Positions 1-12,132 of a stretch of DNA of 64,000 nt are shown here, one piece after another (position 1 is the first letter of the stretch; every line of letters starts with the position of its first letter). The notes beneath the pieces were generated by a model. The model did no database searches, was not told where the DNA came from, and saw only the letters and a program-made list of their open reading frames with translations. Position numbers and translations under genes: made by a program. Source of the stretch: Diadema antillarum. Its lineage: Eukaryota. The stretch is taken from NCBI RefSeq assembly GCF_040938485.1, contig NW_027271579.1:558001-622000 (forward strand), read 5' to 3'.

Positions 1-2017
1 CTTCAGTCACTATGGAACCATCCTTTTTTTGCCACCAGTTGTTCAGCTCTGATTCTCCTCTGTATGGGTGGTATTCACAAAAGAGTTTTTTCACCAGCAG
101 TGTATCCTTTTACCTGTGCGTTTTAAAATCTAATTTGTTACATTTCACTTTCTGTCCTCTTTTTTTTTGTCTCAACAACTGCTGGTACCATTTCAGTCAA
201 AGGATATTCAATGAATGTATGTCTTGTAAACCATTCAAGGCAACATACTGCATGTAATTCTTTATTCAATTTGTCAATAAAAGCATTGGTACACGTTAAA
301 AAAGAAGACAGCTACCCCCCGCCCCCCCCCCCCCCCAAATCAAAAATCCAAACAAGAAACGGAACAAAAAGTCTCCAACTCATGTAGCTCAAGAAATACA
401 GTACATGTATTGTATAATTGCCATTATGCAAGCCAATACATAGCAAATATAGTCATAATATACACAGGGTATCAAGGTGAGGAATGATTGTTGTCTTCCG
501 AAACAAGATGTCTTGAAGAAAGAATGTCACCCTGGAATATGCAGTCCCGGGACTGTCTGATTGATAGCTTTAAAAGAGCATTACTACCATTCCAGTGATA
601 GTTAAAAGAATCTTGCATGTGAGACACATAACTATGCAAAGACCACCCTCGTCTCTGCCTTGCTTTGTTCCTATGTAATAGATACGAAAGTGTAATTCCA
701 CTTCATATTCAAATCAAATCAGTCTGGGATGACAGCGACAAATCAAGCAGGAATGTTAAGGTGTTTTTCCAAACTCAAATATAGAATACTGTAAGCAAGC
801 TAAATGGAAATTCTGCTTCATATTAAATTATATTTGAATGACAGAGACAGAACAAACAGAAGATGGTAAAGAGTTTCTCCAAACTCAAGCATATAACAGG
901 CAAGTTGAGGTGACTCTATCAATGCCTAATAAGTCTGCCGTTGACCTGTACTCAGACCTTCAGAAAATTTCCTTTTTTTGAAGTGCAGTCAAAGTATCAT
1001 TTATACATGCGCTTGTATCCTTCATATCCTCGACATACTGTCTTAATCTAATTTGCATGTTTCATTGTAACTGATGTCAGTATTTGACAAGAACTATACT
1101 TTAAACCTCCATAACTTTCTTTCATTGTATGTCCAAGTAGATGAAATCTCTACCATTTGGTTTTACTTCAGTTACTACGGGCAACTGTGAACACAGAATG
1201 GCATACTGGTAATTTTGCCCTTGAACCTGTGGTTTCACTAGGGGTACTAACCCATTGTGACAATGGTATCACCTCCACACACAGTGCATTGCATTTCCTT
1301 GACAGTCAATACTTTTTCTTTTCTTTTCTTTTTTTCATCTCAGAATAACAGCAAGGTGCAGGAATGTTCTAGACAATTTTAATATGTCCTGTGATGATGT
1401 AAGTACACTCCATCATTGTATTGTCGGTCTGTCCTAGACTGACCCTGTGCAAGGTGAACTTAACCTCTACTGAGACAAGTTAGCAATCCACATAATGAAT
1501 TGTAAAGGTGTGTTGGTAGAATATTTCATACTGTGTGCTCAATAAAATACTGATAATCAGATAAGTAATGAAAATAAAATGTCATCATTACACTCTTTTA
1601 AGTATATATAAGGTTTCTAAACAAAGTTAGAAGGGTCACTGACTTATTTGTGTACTGATTATTGCTAGTTATTTTCAATAGATCATTTAAACATTGGATT
1701 TTTGTTGATGAGATGAAGAAATGCCCATTCAGACTTCATGCACTGGTATTAGATTTCGAACCATTTGATGAACCATTTAACTGTACTATCCACTCACCTG
1801 TGCAGTATACTGTTAATTGTTCAGCAATTTTTCAAATGCTTGAACATGGCAAATCACCCCGTAAAATCACTTGTTTCATCTTGCCTTCCAGACGGGCAAG
1901 CTTATACTGAAGCCACCTCGGAGTGGACCGACGCAGAACAGGGTGCCTCTGCTACGATGGCCCAACGACTTGGACTCGAGGGTGGCCGATCATACAGCTC
2001 ACCAGCACAATCAGTGA
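1..2017 (+). CDS. CNEP1R1: CTD nuclear envelope phosphatase 1 regulatory subunit 1 (TMEM188/Spo7 homolog), 3' part; exons <1-101, 1344-1398, 1892-2017
   Basis: The spliced translation [65 protein letters not shown]...HNQ* matches recalled human [58 protein letters not shown]. All junctions are GT-AG with compatible phases (2, then 0). Stop TGA is at 2015-2017. Confidence 0.95.
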
Positions 2018-3194
2018 CCCCTGCACCTTGCCCTAGTGACCTCCCCATCCCCATCTCAATGTCAGGCCCCCCTGCGGTGATGCCATAGGGGCTGGCAGAA
2101 TATGTTTGCGACTGAGTGCAGAATTCTGTGCTGTTTGGTAGATGCTGCTCTGCTCAAAGCTTGCATCCTGAGAGAAAGTTGTCTGGAAGTGGCCTCTTTC
2201 CACAGGACTGTAGAGTCATGGAAGAGTCAGCAGTATCAAGTACATGAGGGACATTCCTGATGTCTTAAAAACTGTGGTTCACTGGTAATGATAAATACAA
2301 TCATGCAATTCTATTTGTGCTGTCTTTGAGACATCTTGCTGATTCCAAATGTGTTGTAAAAGTTGCTGACAGGACCTGGAATATTGGTTAATGGCTCACA
2401 CAGTATACATTATAAAAAAATAATGCATGCTGATGACAAATATATTCCATCAATCTAATGATCACATTCAAACTATCTATAGGTGGTGTGGATATGATAT
2501 TGGATGGCTCAGTGTAAGGTTTATAGTGAATGAGAGGAAAGGTGGGTTTATGTAGATATTGTCATCTTTGTGTTTTGAAACCATTTAGCTGCACCATGTG
2601 ATGACATTATGAGTACAGGGTAGAAAGTGAAAGTGAAATGTTGATACAGCTCTGATGGAAGTTAGAAGGAATGACCCTAATGCAAATGACTCCAGTTCCT
2701 TTACCTTTTTTATCCTCCTGAAAAACCCACCTAACAATTTGCATACCATTACCAGATTACTTTTGACATCAGAGACAATGCGCAGTGTATGATCTGTGAA
2801 TAAAGATGTAAAGTGTATATGTGAATACGTAGCAGCAAAAACTTTATCTTGCAAATGAGTATACCTGCTACTGTATCCATTCCAGATAAATACTCATCTT
2901 TTTAACAGGAGAGATGAATTTTATTATTTCGATTTTATCAGATGTTCTCCTATTTTCATGAACAATCGTGCATAGGCAAGTGTGGGAAATCGACAATAAA
3001 ATTATTTGTCAACTGTTACCCCCCAAAGTGTTCTTATTTGATGAGCTTCGGAGTTGGCAGGTATAAATGAGTCATGAAGATCTAGTGTGTGCAGGCATAT
3101 TACAGGAACCAACCTTAATGCAAGGATTTAGGGGCACCCACTGTAAGAATATGTGGCAAAGTATGTAGAACAAAGAAGCATCTATGGTTCTGTA

Positions 3195-3382
3195 CAGTGG
3201 ACTCCCGTTATAATGAAGCCCTCGGGACTGGCAGTTTTCTTTCGTTATATCGAAATTTCGTTAGAATCGAACAAATAAAGAATGAAAACAAAAATAGAGC
3301 AAATGATATTGTGGTCTGAATTTTTACTTCGTTATAACCGCAATTTCTTTATAACCATGTTTGTTATAACGGGAGTACACTG
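3195..3382. mobile_element. Tc1/mariner-pogo-type MITE
   Basis: TIRs cagtggactcccgttataa ... ttataacgggagtacactg, flanked by TA on both sides. Confidence 0.85.
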
Positions 3383-4214
3383 TATTTGCAATGAGGCAGT
3401 TTTCACACAAATCTCTAGTTTATTCCAGTGCCTCCAATGACGATGCTGCAAGTCAAAATTTTGGTTGTCGTTCCAGCTGTTATCAAAAACAAACATATAC
3501 AATAATTCCCCTTTCCCTGCCACACATCTGTGCCTCATGGTTACCCAAGTCTCACATTTGCAAAAGATGTAGTATATTGATTTTTTTTTATTGCCACTGG
3601 TCACTAGGCAACAAGTTACTTTGAGTCCTGCCATTAACCAGATTTACCAGCATCAGACCGGAGTGACCAGCAATGACATGGCAAGCATTAGAAGACTTTC
3701 ATATGCCCAGGTACTTAACTTGCCAAGCTTGGCCATCAGCATTCAGAAATCCATCCAAAATTGACCTAGCTGTAAAGTTAGCCAGCCCATGCTGGTGCAG
3801 CACTGTGCCTCAGTCTTACAGGAATGCCATGGTGACACAGTAAGGATGGGGGAAGTGGGGAAGGGGAGATAAGTTGATCTCTAACTCCGTTCATGGACAA
3901 TCACTTTCTAGACACCTGTGCCAGTAGGTGGAAAAAGTACTCCAGCATGTACATCAGTTGGCAAACAAAGCAGCGAAAGGGTTAAAGGAAATACACAGTA
4001 GCAATGTGAACTGTGTGTACAGAAGTTTCAGAAACAGAGGTGCTATATCATATTTAATTTGTAGTTCTTCTTCTTTTCTTCACTCCCCCATGTGCACAAT
4101 AGACCATTTTTCTTTCAGTTCTGTTTTTGGGCTATTAAGTACACATATACAATGTACAAACACTGTAAATATGAATAGATTGAGTTGAAGTAAAAAAAAA
4201 AAGAAGAAATATCA

Positions 4215-4408
4215 GGGGCCCGTTTCTTAAAGAAAGATTGTAAGATTGATAAAAAAAAGTTACACTTAATCTGCCTGCTATGAAATCTGTGCATTAAATC
4301 AAGCATAGGTATCTTTGTTACACAGACTTATGATCAGGATTGATTTGCCAAGTTACGCTCAATAAATCGAGCGTAAGATCAGTCGTGACTCTTTATGAAA
4401 TAGGCCCT
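4215..4408. mobile_element. MITE, Harbinger-like ends
   Basis: Imperfect TIRs ggggcccgtttcttaaag ... ctttatgaaataggccct. Confidence 0.6.
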
Positions 4409-6881
4409 TATGTGCTTGTCTTTGAAGGTTTAAGGAAGAACCATAGAGAGATTGTGACAGTCCTAAGTGGTAGATACAGCTTGTGATAATAGGTAATAAT
4501 TGAAGTCACCTCTGTAACAGACACCAAGTTAATACATGTGCCTGGAAACTTTTTACTCGATCCAAAGCCCCTGTCCAGTTGATGGCATGTAGCAATCAAG
4601 GTACAATGGAATCTTTTTTTAACAAGGTCAGATACAATGTATAACAAAACCTTCCAAAACAAGTTGATTTTGCAGGTCCCAATTCTTTGTATTTCTTTGT
4701 TTTTGTAGCCTGATATAGTGAGAGACCCGATATGTACATGTACCAAGGTAATTGTCATGAATTTTGGTCCTTGTTATAACAAGGTATCCCTGTTGAGTGC
4801 TCAAAATATTGATGCTCATGTTTGTGTAGTCTTAATTGCTGACTGAAATGTTCACACACTATTGGTTGTGTGAAGTAACATGTTGTATAAATTGAAGCAA
4901 AAATGTTGCAGCTGCAGGTTGTTTGTGGTGAAAGCCAATGCAATACTTGTAGCATGGGTGAATATATGGCCAGAAATTACCAATGCAGTGCACACCATAC
5001 TTAGTCGACAGTACTGGTATTGATGACAGAAAAGCATTATTGCTGTTTTGTTTTTGAAGGTTTTTTTTAAAATCATTCTAGATTTCAACTTATCAATCTT
5101 TTCCCCTGCATCTGGTGATTTCCCAAACTGTATACAGGCCTTAAAGTTCTTGGTCATCTCTGAAGAGTATACATATACAGTACAATGTACAGTGATTCAC
5201 TCAGTGTTAAATGCATGCAGGCTGTGAGACTATTCCTTTAACAGCAGTCCTTTCTTGCCATCTGATGTTCTGCAGTCTATTAAGGCTGTGTGCCCCTCGT
5301 TCAGGAAAATGAAAATCCATCAGCATGTCAGAATGTGTTCTGTGGAAATGTAATCACTGCGTGATTAGTCATAAGAAGGTATCCACTGGATTGTGAAGTA
5401 TATACTTAAAAAAAAAAAATCATGTATTCTCATATTATGGTCTCATTCTTGCAATGAACATGGGAATATCATGTGATAATTTAGTATCTTTATAGGTTTT
5501 CTTCCAATCTTAACACTTAAAATGAGCTTTCAAGGAATTTTCCAATAGTCTTTGTATGTGTATTTCACGTAGCAAGTGTATATGATCATAGGTTGTAAAG
5601 TGTACTCATATATGGATGGATATAAAGTATGCGTTGCCTGAGTTGTAGGTGCATGAGCCAAAAATCTCCTAACTCGAACCACCCCCCCCCCAAAAAAAAA
5701 AAAAAAAAAACTAAAAAAAATCTTGATTTTCCTCCATACATTCACATACAAGATTTCAGCGGAGTTGAAAATGTAGAGTCCTTTTCACATGAAATATAGG
5801 CGAATTTAATTGATAGAGTCAGTGTGGCTGTGGTCTTCTCGTAATTCACAACACGAACTTACACCACACTATCATGGGGTTCATACAACTCCAATATGCT
5901 CTCCTTGTTTTCTGCACATGTACACATCTTTTTTCCCCCACCCAGTGTAACAAGTCAATAATTAGATAGGATTGGAAGTCAAAGTGAGTTTTTGTGAGGG
6001 TGTTTCATCCTGAGCCATGATGTAAATGAGTGATGTTCATAGATAAAAGTCAGTGTCACAACTGGAGCAAAGTCAATATCTGCATGATTCCTGCATGTGT
6101 GATCCTGTGATTACAATAGTGAAAACAACAAAGTTAAGATGACTGTGGTGATTGCTGGTGGGTAACTGGCTAGTTGTGCATGTCATAACTGGACATCAGC
6201 TAGTGAAACGGCAATGATCTGCAATTGAAATGTGCTGACAGCACCGCCTGTGATTCAGCAATACAGGAGTTTTGTAATGCACAATTAAAACAAGAAAGTC
6301 TGCCTGGTCCTTCCCAGCAACTACCAATGGTTGTGCAAATTAGTTGAGTTGAGGAATATCACAGAAGATCAACAGCTACATGTATAGAAAACAGGTTGGG
6401 AAATCACAAATTACTCAGATCACGCAAAAGAACGACGACAGAGCTCCTATACAATAGCCACCTGGAATAAAGTTTACAAGTGTATTATCAATATACAGTA
6501 TTACAGGTATCATGCTTTGAAGGGTTTGAAAATACTAGTAAATAAAAATGCTAGCGCTTCACTCGTATTACATATAAAATGAAGTTTTTGGAATTTGAAG
6601 GTTTACATATTTTAATGAATTAGAAATATTGGTTACAACCTCATATGCAAATTGGGGATGGTGATGTCATCTCATTAGTGTTCCATTGACCTTTATGCAA
6701 ATCTTCATGAATTCACTTTCACTGTCAAAATTTATACCAATTGGATTATGTTCCACTCTTCACATGATAGTGATATGCTAACACAGCAAAATGACTTCTG
6801 AGGGGGAAAGTTGTTAGATTACATTGTATTTGAATAAAAAGTTGCAATATTTTTTTGGTGAAAACAGATGGTGGAGCTGTG

Positions 6882-7019
6882 NNNNNNNNNNNNNNNNNNN
6901 NNNNNNNNNNNNNNNNNNNNNNNNNNNNNNNNNNNNNNNNNNNNNNNNNNNNNNNNNNNNNNNNNNNNNNNNNNNNNNNNNNNNNNNNNNNNNNNNNNNN
7001 NNNNNNNNNNNNNNNNNNN
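6882..7019. other. Assembly gap (138 N)
   Basis: Run of N. Confidence 1.
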
Positions 7020-9206
7020 GTATATTAAGTCATAATCCATCATGCCATCAACAGTTATTAATACTGTACAAAAGAACACAAGAAGCAAAATATATTTCAT
7101 TTCTCTTCCTCTGATTGTACAAATTCCTGAAGACAGTGTGCTGAATAAGGCACATGTTAACATTTGTTATATATCATTCTGAATACAAAATAAAATTCAG
7201 AACGTCTATGTTCATGAATTTACACTTTACATGTAAAAAGGAAGTACTCATGGATATATATTGCCATTTTTATAAATATTTACAGATATAAAACATGAAG
7301 GCAGTTATGGTTTGCCCACACAGAAAAACTGAAGACAGACAGCAGAGCAAGGAAGTATAATTCTGCACCATGTACAAGTTAGCTGTATACAGTAAAATCA
7401 CATGAATGTACGTGTATTTAAACAGGGTAAAGATTTCATCAAAGTAGAAACTAGTGTGAGAAAAAGTATCTAAGAGTTTCACAAGATTTCACAAACAGTG
7501 ACATAAGCTGCAACCCACTGCAAAACAGAGTATCTGTATCCTACAAACCTGGTCACAAATCATTGTAAAATTTAATTTTGACATGATATAGACTTACTTG
7601 TAGTTATAAGTGAGGTACTTCAAAACTGTCCCATTTGATGTCTCTGCATGACAAAATGTCTACCATTCTGTTAATTTGATTTTATGGCTTGGGTACAGAA
7701 ATTATTTTGAACATGGTTTAACACTTTTGATAAAATGAGTATAATCTTGGTCGGTAGGTAAAATGAGGAGTGTTTGAGAATACAGTGTACTCTTAATCTC
7801 TTGTGGCGATACCTGCACTACAACTTTTACTATCCTCTGAACAAAAGTCCATTTCACACTTAATCACTTTCATTTCATCCATTTTGATTTCTTCTACCTT
7901 TTCCAGGATACTACTATGCTTGACAACATGAATGTATACATTTTGTTTTAGCTTAGAAGATAATCATGTGAAGTACTCTTTATACACACATGGATTTCAT
8001 GAATAGTCAACTCTGTAGAAATCAAGTCCCAAGTGGAGAAAGGAAGATACATATTTAACTAGCTAAACTATAGCTAGGTTATTTGCTTGATGAAGAGAGA
8101 GAGACAGAGAGAGGAAAAAAGACTGAACTTGCTTGACTTATTCAAGTTATTGTGTACACCACAAATCATTATTTTAGAATACACTGTAGCAGAAGCTTTC
8201 ATATAAATAATCACACATGCAAAGGCCTTGTCCGTTTGTAAATGAATACATAAACACAGCTGCATAGATCTGGCAATGTTTACTCTACCTCTCAGAGGTA
8301 AGAACAAGAAAAGCACCCAATCCATTATGGGAAAAAATATCACATTTGCTTTTTTCCATATGTTGAGGACTAATTCTACATAATTGATCCAAACTACCCA
8401 AACAAACCAAAGAAATTAAATGAAAACTACGCAATAACAAGAGGTAGATAAAATCAAATAAATCTGAAGATGGCTTCAAACATAAGATAGTTATACAGAT
8501 TATAATTGATAAGATTTGATTGCAAAGGTTGCAAAGGGAGTCCTCAATGACCTCCTGACAACTTGATAACTTGTCTCTGTTCAGCGATGATACAGCTCTT
8601 TGATTAGACAGTAAAACAGCACTATCTGTTGAAGGTTATCTCATTGCCTGAGGAGACTGTCCCTGGGATGTAATGAGTATGGATTACAATTACTACCGCA
8701 GCCATTCTTGAGCACTGGTTACATCTCATGTGTTCTCTACTTAAAGTTCCTCTAGTCTGTATTTTACAACATTCTGTGATGATCTGATGATAATGAACAT
8801 GTGAATCCTGATCATTATTCAGTCTGTCTCCTGGACTGTGATAAAGACTCATGGTAGGTGATTAGGCCTACATCATTAACTTGAACAACTCTTCAAAAAT
8901 GCTAGTTGCACATCAGAAATCTGCCCTGGCAACATATACCTCCAGTTGTAGATTTCCCCTCCTAAAAAAGGGAAATAAGGGTCACTGAAATGCCTTTTTA
9001 TGACACCTCTTGATTTACCACGATGGAACTATGCCATCAAGATGAAATGTATTCATAATGCTACGGTTGAAACTTAAGCAGTGTAGACATTAGCCAACAA
9101 AGCATTGGCATCTTCACCACTGGATGATCTGAAATGGTTGACTTTGGGTGCATGATTACCGAAGTTTGGTAAATGGAAGCACGTGCATCAAAGCTGGCTA
9201 CATTCC

Positions 9207-12132
9207 TCAGTCTATGAAGTTCTTGGACACCAGGAGAACCACTCCTACCAGAATACACACCAGGCCGGCGATCGCTGCCCACTTGTTGCACTGGACAGGA
9301 CGACACTGGGACAGCAGGGCATCGTCAGCCTGTACATTGGCAGATTCATGATGATAGGAAGTAATGTTGCCTGATTTTTGGACCAGTTTTGTTTTAGTTG
9401 TCCCTACATGTATTTTCTTTTAGTTACAGAGTATCAAGAACATGAATTGGAGGTTCAGTCTTGCTTATGTCTACTGGGAATTCTCCTGCATGTCACTTTG
9501 TTTGACATTCTAATGTGTTGTTTTTTGTGTAAAAATAGTAGTGCATCACTACTGAAGTGTGACTATGGGCCATGTATGCTATTGTTGTATCTGTTTTATA
9601 TACAGTGTAATAGAAATAATAAATCAAAGAATGCTAATGTTACAGCATACTGTGAAGTACTGAGTATACATACTATACAGTGTTTAGATCAGGAGAAAGT
9701 GTTCTAGTTACAATAATTTAATAAAAAAAGGATGCTGAACTTCATTCAATTAAGAATATACAAAAAAAAAAATGTATGACAAAATACATCTGCCCCTGCA
9801 CTACTGTTTTAAAGACAAGAAGAACAACTTATTCAGAAAGTTGAATTGTTTTCAGTCAAAAAAGAATGACATTAAAAAAATCTTACTTTGCAATTCATGG
9901 GTGTGGTTAGTAAACACACCCCAAAGTCATGTCTTTATCTAAAACATTATTGTTAAAGTATATATTAAATATATATATATATATATATATATGAAAAAAA
10001 AAATATATATATGATTACTCACTGAATCCAATCTCTTTTCTGCCTTGTCATTGATATCATCGACATCAACAGTATCACGATTGCTGACAGTTGGCATGTG
10101 TTTAAGCCCAAGCACTCTCTGAACTTTGGGTGTACTTCTCTGTCGTACACGTAGGCTCCTTCTCAGCAGCCCAGGAGTCTCAATGGAAACTTGACTTCTT
10201 GTTAGCACTGTGGAATTTCTGGTGGTTGATGCTTCAGAATCACTGTCTTGACTGGTCAGTCGGTCACTGCGGCTTCCTTCAACAGTCTTGCTGTCTGAAT
10301 GCTGGTGCGATTGTCTCTTCTTAAAGTCCTCAAGGATGTCTGCACAGGAGACCAAGTTCTCCTCTGGCTCCCACGTATCCTCTTGTGGGCCAAATCCTTT
10401 CCAACGGATTCGATACTCGGTCTGCCCATTCCTCTTCTGCCTTGATCTAAGAATTTCTTGAACCTGTATGCAACAAATTATGATGTACTGAATTCAAAAG
10501 ACATCATGACATATGATTGGTGAATTATGTATGACCTAGTTAGGAAGCATTTGATTTTGCTACCATAATTTTTAGTAATCAGGGCAATTATCCCCAAGGA
10601 CAATATTACATCCAGGTTAAATACTGGTTAGTGTAAGGTTAGAGTAAAGATTAGGGCAAGATTTAGGGTTAGAGTTAGGATTAGGTTCAGGATTAGGATT
10701 AGGGTTAGAACCGTTAGGGTCAGGGGAAGGGACTGGGGTAACTGTCCAGGGGGTAATTGCCCTAGACTGTAATTTTCATCTTCACACACCAATGCATTTT
10801 ATTTTTCCATACTTTTGTATGATAAATCTTTCTAATTCTGAAGAGTTAAAAGGGAGTAGGATGCTACAAGAAAACAGGTGGAAATTTCTTTAAATACTGG
10901 TCTAGTTTATTGGGCAAGTATTTTGCTTTTCATTATTTGGCTATATACATGTACATTGTAGGCTGCCTTTACGTATATTTGCCAACATTTTGAAAGAGAA
11001 TGAAAAAAAAATGAAGATGACCAAGAATGATATAGATCTATTAAATTAGGGTAAACGACAGAGAAACTCACTATGATTATAATACTTCAGTCTTATAATG
11101 GTTAGGATTAGAGTAACCGCAGCAGCGACCCCAATACGTACCGTAATTATGTTACAGCGCCCAGCGCCGGGGTTAAGATTAGAGTTGCCTTGGATGTTCA
11201 CTACACACAGAATAAATTGGTCTGTGACACAACATTGATTATTGGTGTGTTGCGACATTGATCGGCCAGTTAGTCCTAAACAGAGTGATGCATGGTGATG
11301 TACAAGAATATAGCTGTTGCCAGAAATCTATCTCACTCCTTAGGTGGAAATATTGTTTGAAAAGTATGAAATGTCGACTGATGGGTAGGTACGACAGTAT
11401 ATACTACGTAAGTGTTCTTTTTGTCACATTGTTTGTGCTTGATCTTTTTCATCCTCTATAGTTCAACCCTTTTCAGTTTGGGGTATACATATCCTTTTTT
11501 GTGAGGCATTCCCATCATTTTTCTTTACACCACAAACAAGATAACATATCGCAATTGAGAGATTGGTTGCCCTGTGATTACATCAGCTAAAGAAGTAATT
11601 AGTCTTACTCTTACCATGCCTTTTTGTGTACAATCACTCTCGCTCTCTCTCCTAGCCCATGGAGACTTCCATCATGTACACTGCACTGCCACCTGCTCAC
11701 TGCACAAAAATTTGATCGCCTGATTCTTTAAGTTTTACAACAAAAACCCGAGCCCATATTCTTCAAAATCTACACACATCACCCACGACGACAGAACATA
11801 CATTTGTGGTACAGTATATACTGGGTGCTAAAGCAAGCAAAGATAACTGGTAGTTAAAATAGTATCTGAGGCGAGGGCACGAGCGCGGCGAGGGCGGGGC
11901 GGGGAGACACCTGTTCGCTCTTCATCTACCAACAGGTGCAGGTGCGCCGGTGCGGGTATACACAACATAATGCTATACAATTGAACAGTATATATCCGAC
12001 ATAACCGTAGTGCCAATGTCACAAAACATCGCCAGTTTATTTTACTCTAAGAACAGCTTGCCGATTCTGGTCATAAGACCCAAATGTCAGAGAAGTGGTT
12101 GTAAATTATCTCACCTCAAAGATGTCACCCAT
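9207..12132 (-). CDS. Chromodomain protein with C-terminal transmembrane anchor, 193 aa; exons 12132-12115, 10463-10023, 9329-9207
   Basis: Exon 1 is ATG GGT GAC ATC TTT GAG|gtgaga. Exon 2 (tacag|, 441 bp) begins VQEILRSRQKRNGQTEYRIRWKGFGPQEDTWEPEENLVSCADILEDFKK, a chromodomain, and ends LDS|gtgagt. Exon 3 (tacag|) is ADDALLSQCRPVQCNKWAAIAGLVCILVGVVLLVSKNFID*. All junctions are phase 0. Confidence 0.88.
10581..10763. mobile_element. MITE with internal degenerate TTAGGG-like repeats
   Basis: TIRs agggcaattatcccc ... ggggtaattgccct enclosing ttaggg/ttagga/ttagag repeats. Confidence 0.65.

Noticed and set aside
860-960. KSFSKLKHITGKLR as a hAT dimerization remnant
   Set aside because: The match is too short and low-complexity to support without a search.
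1172-1208. Possible extra CNEP1R1 exon (ttcag|...|gtaatt)
   Set aside because: It is not needed for the homologous protein and would introduce a stop in the incoming phase; at most a cryptic or poison exon.
1800-2285. Long minus-strand frame interrupted by a single TGA (possible selenoprotein)
   Set aside because: It is the antisense shadow of the GC-rich CNEP1R1 last exon/UTR; there is no selenoprotein motif, no SECIS evidence and no coherent upstream exons.
10620-10740. True telomere or chromosome fusion site
   Set aside because: The repeats are short, degenerate and enclosed by MITE TIRs.
9207-12132. Calling the chromodomain gene CDYL/CDYL2 or HP1 (CBX1/3/5)
   Set aside because: The N-terminus and the exon 1/2 split resemble CDYL, but no crotonase or chromoshadow exons were found. 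The next in-phase exon encodes a TM helix and a stop.
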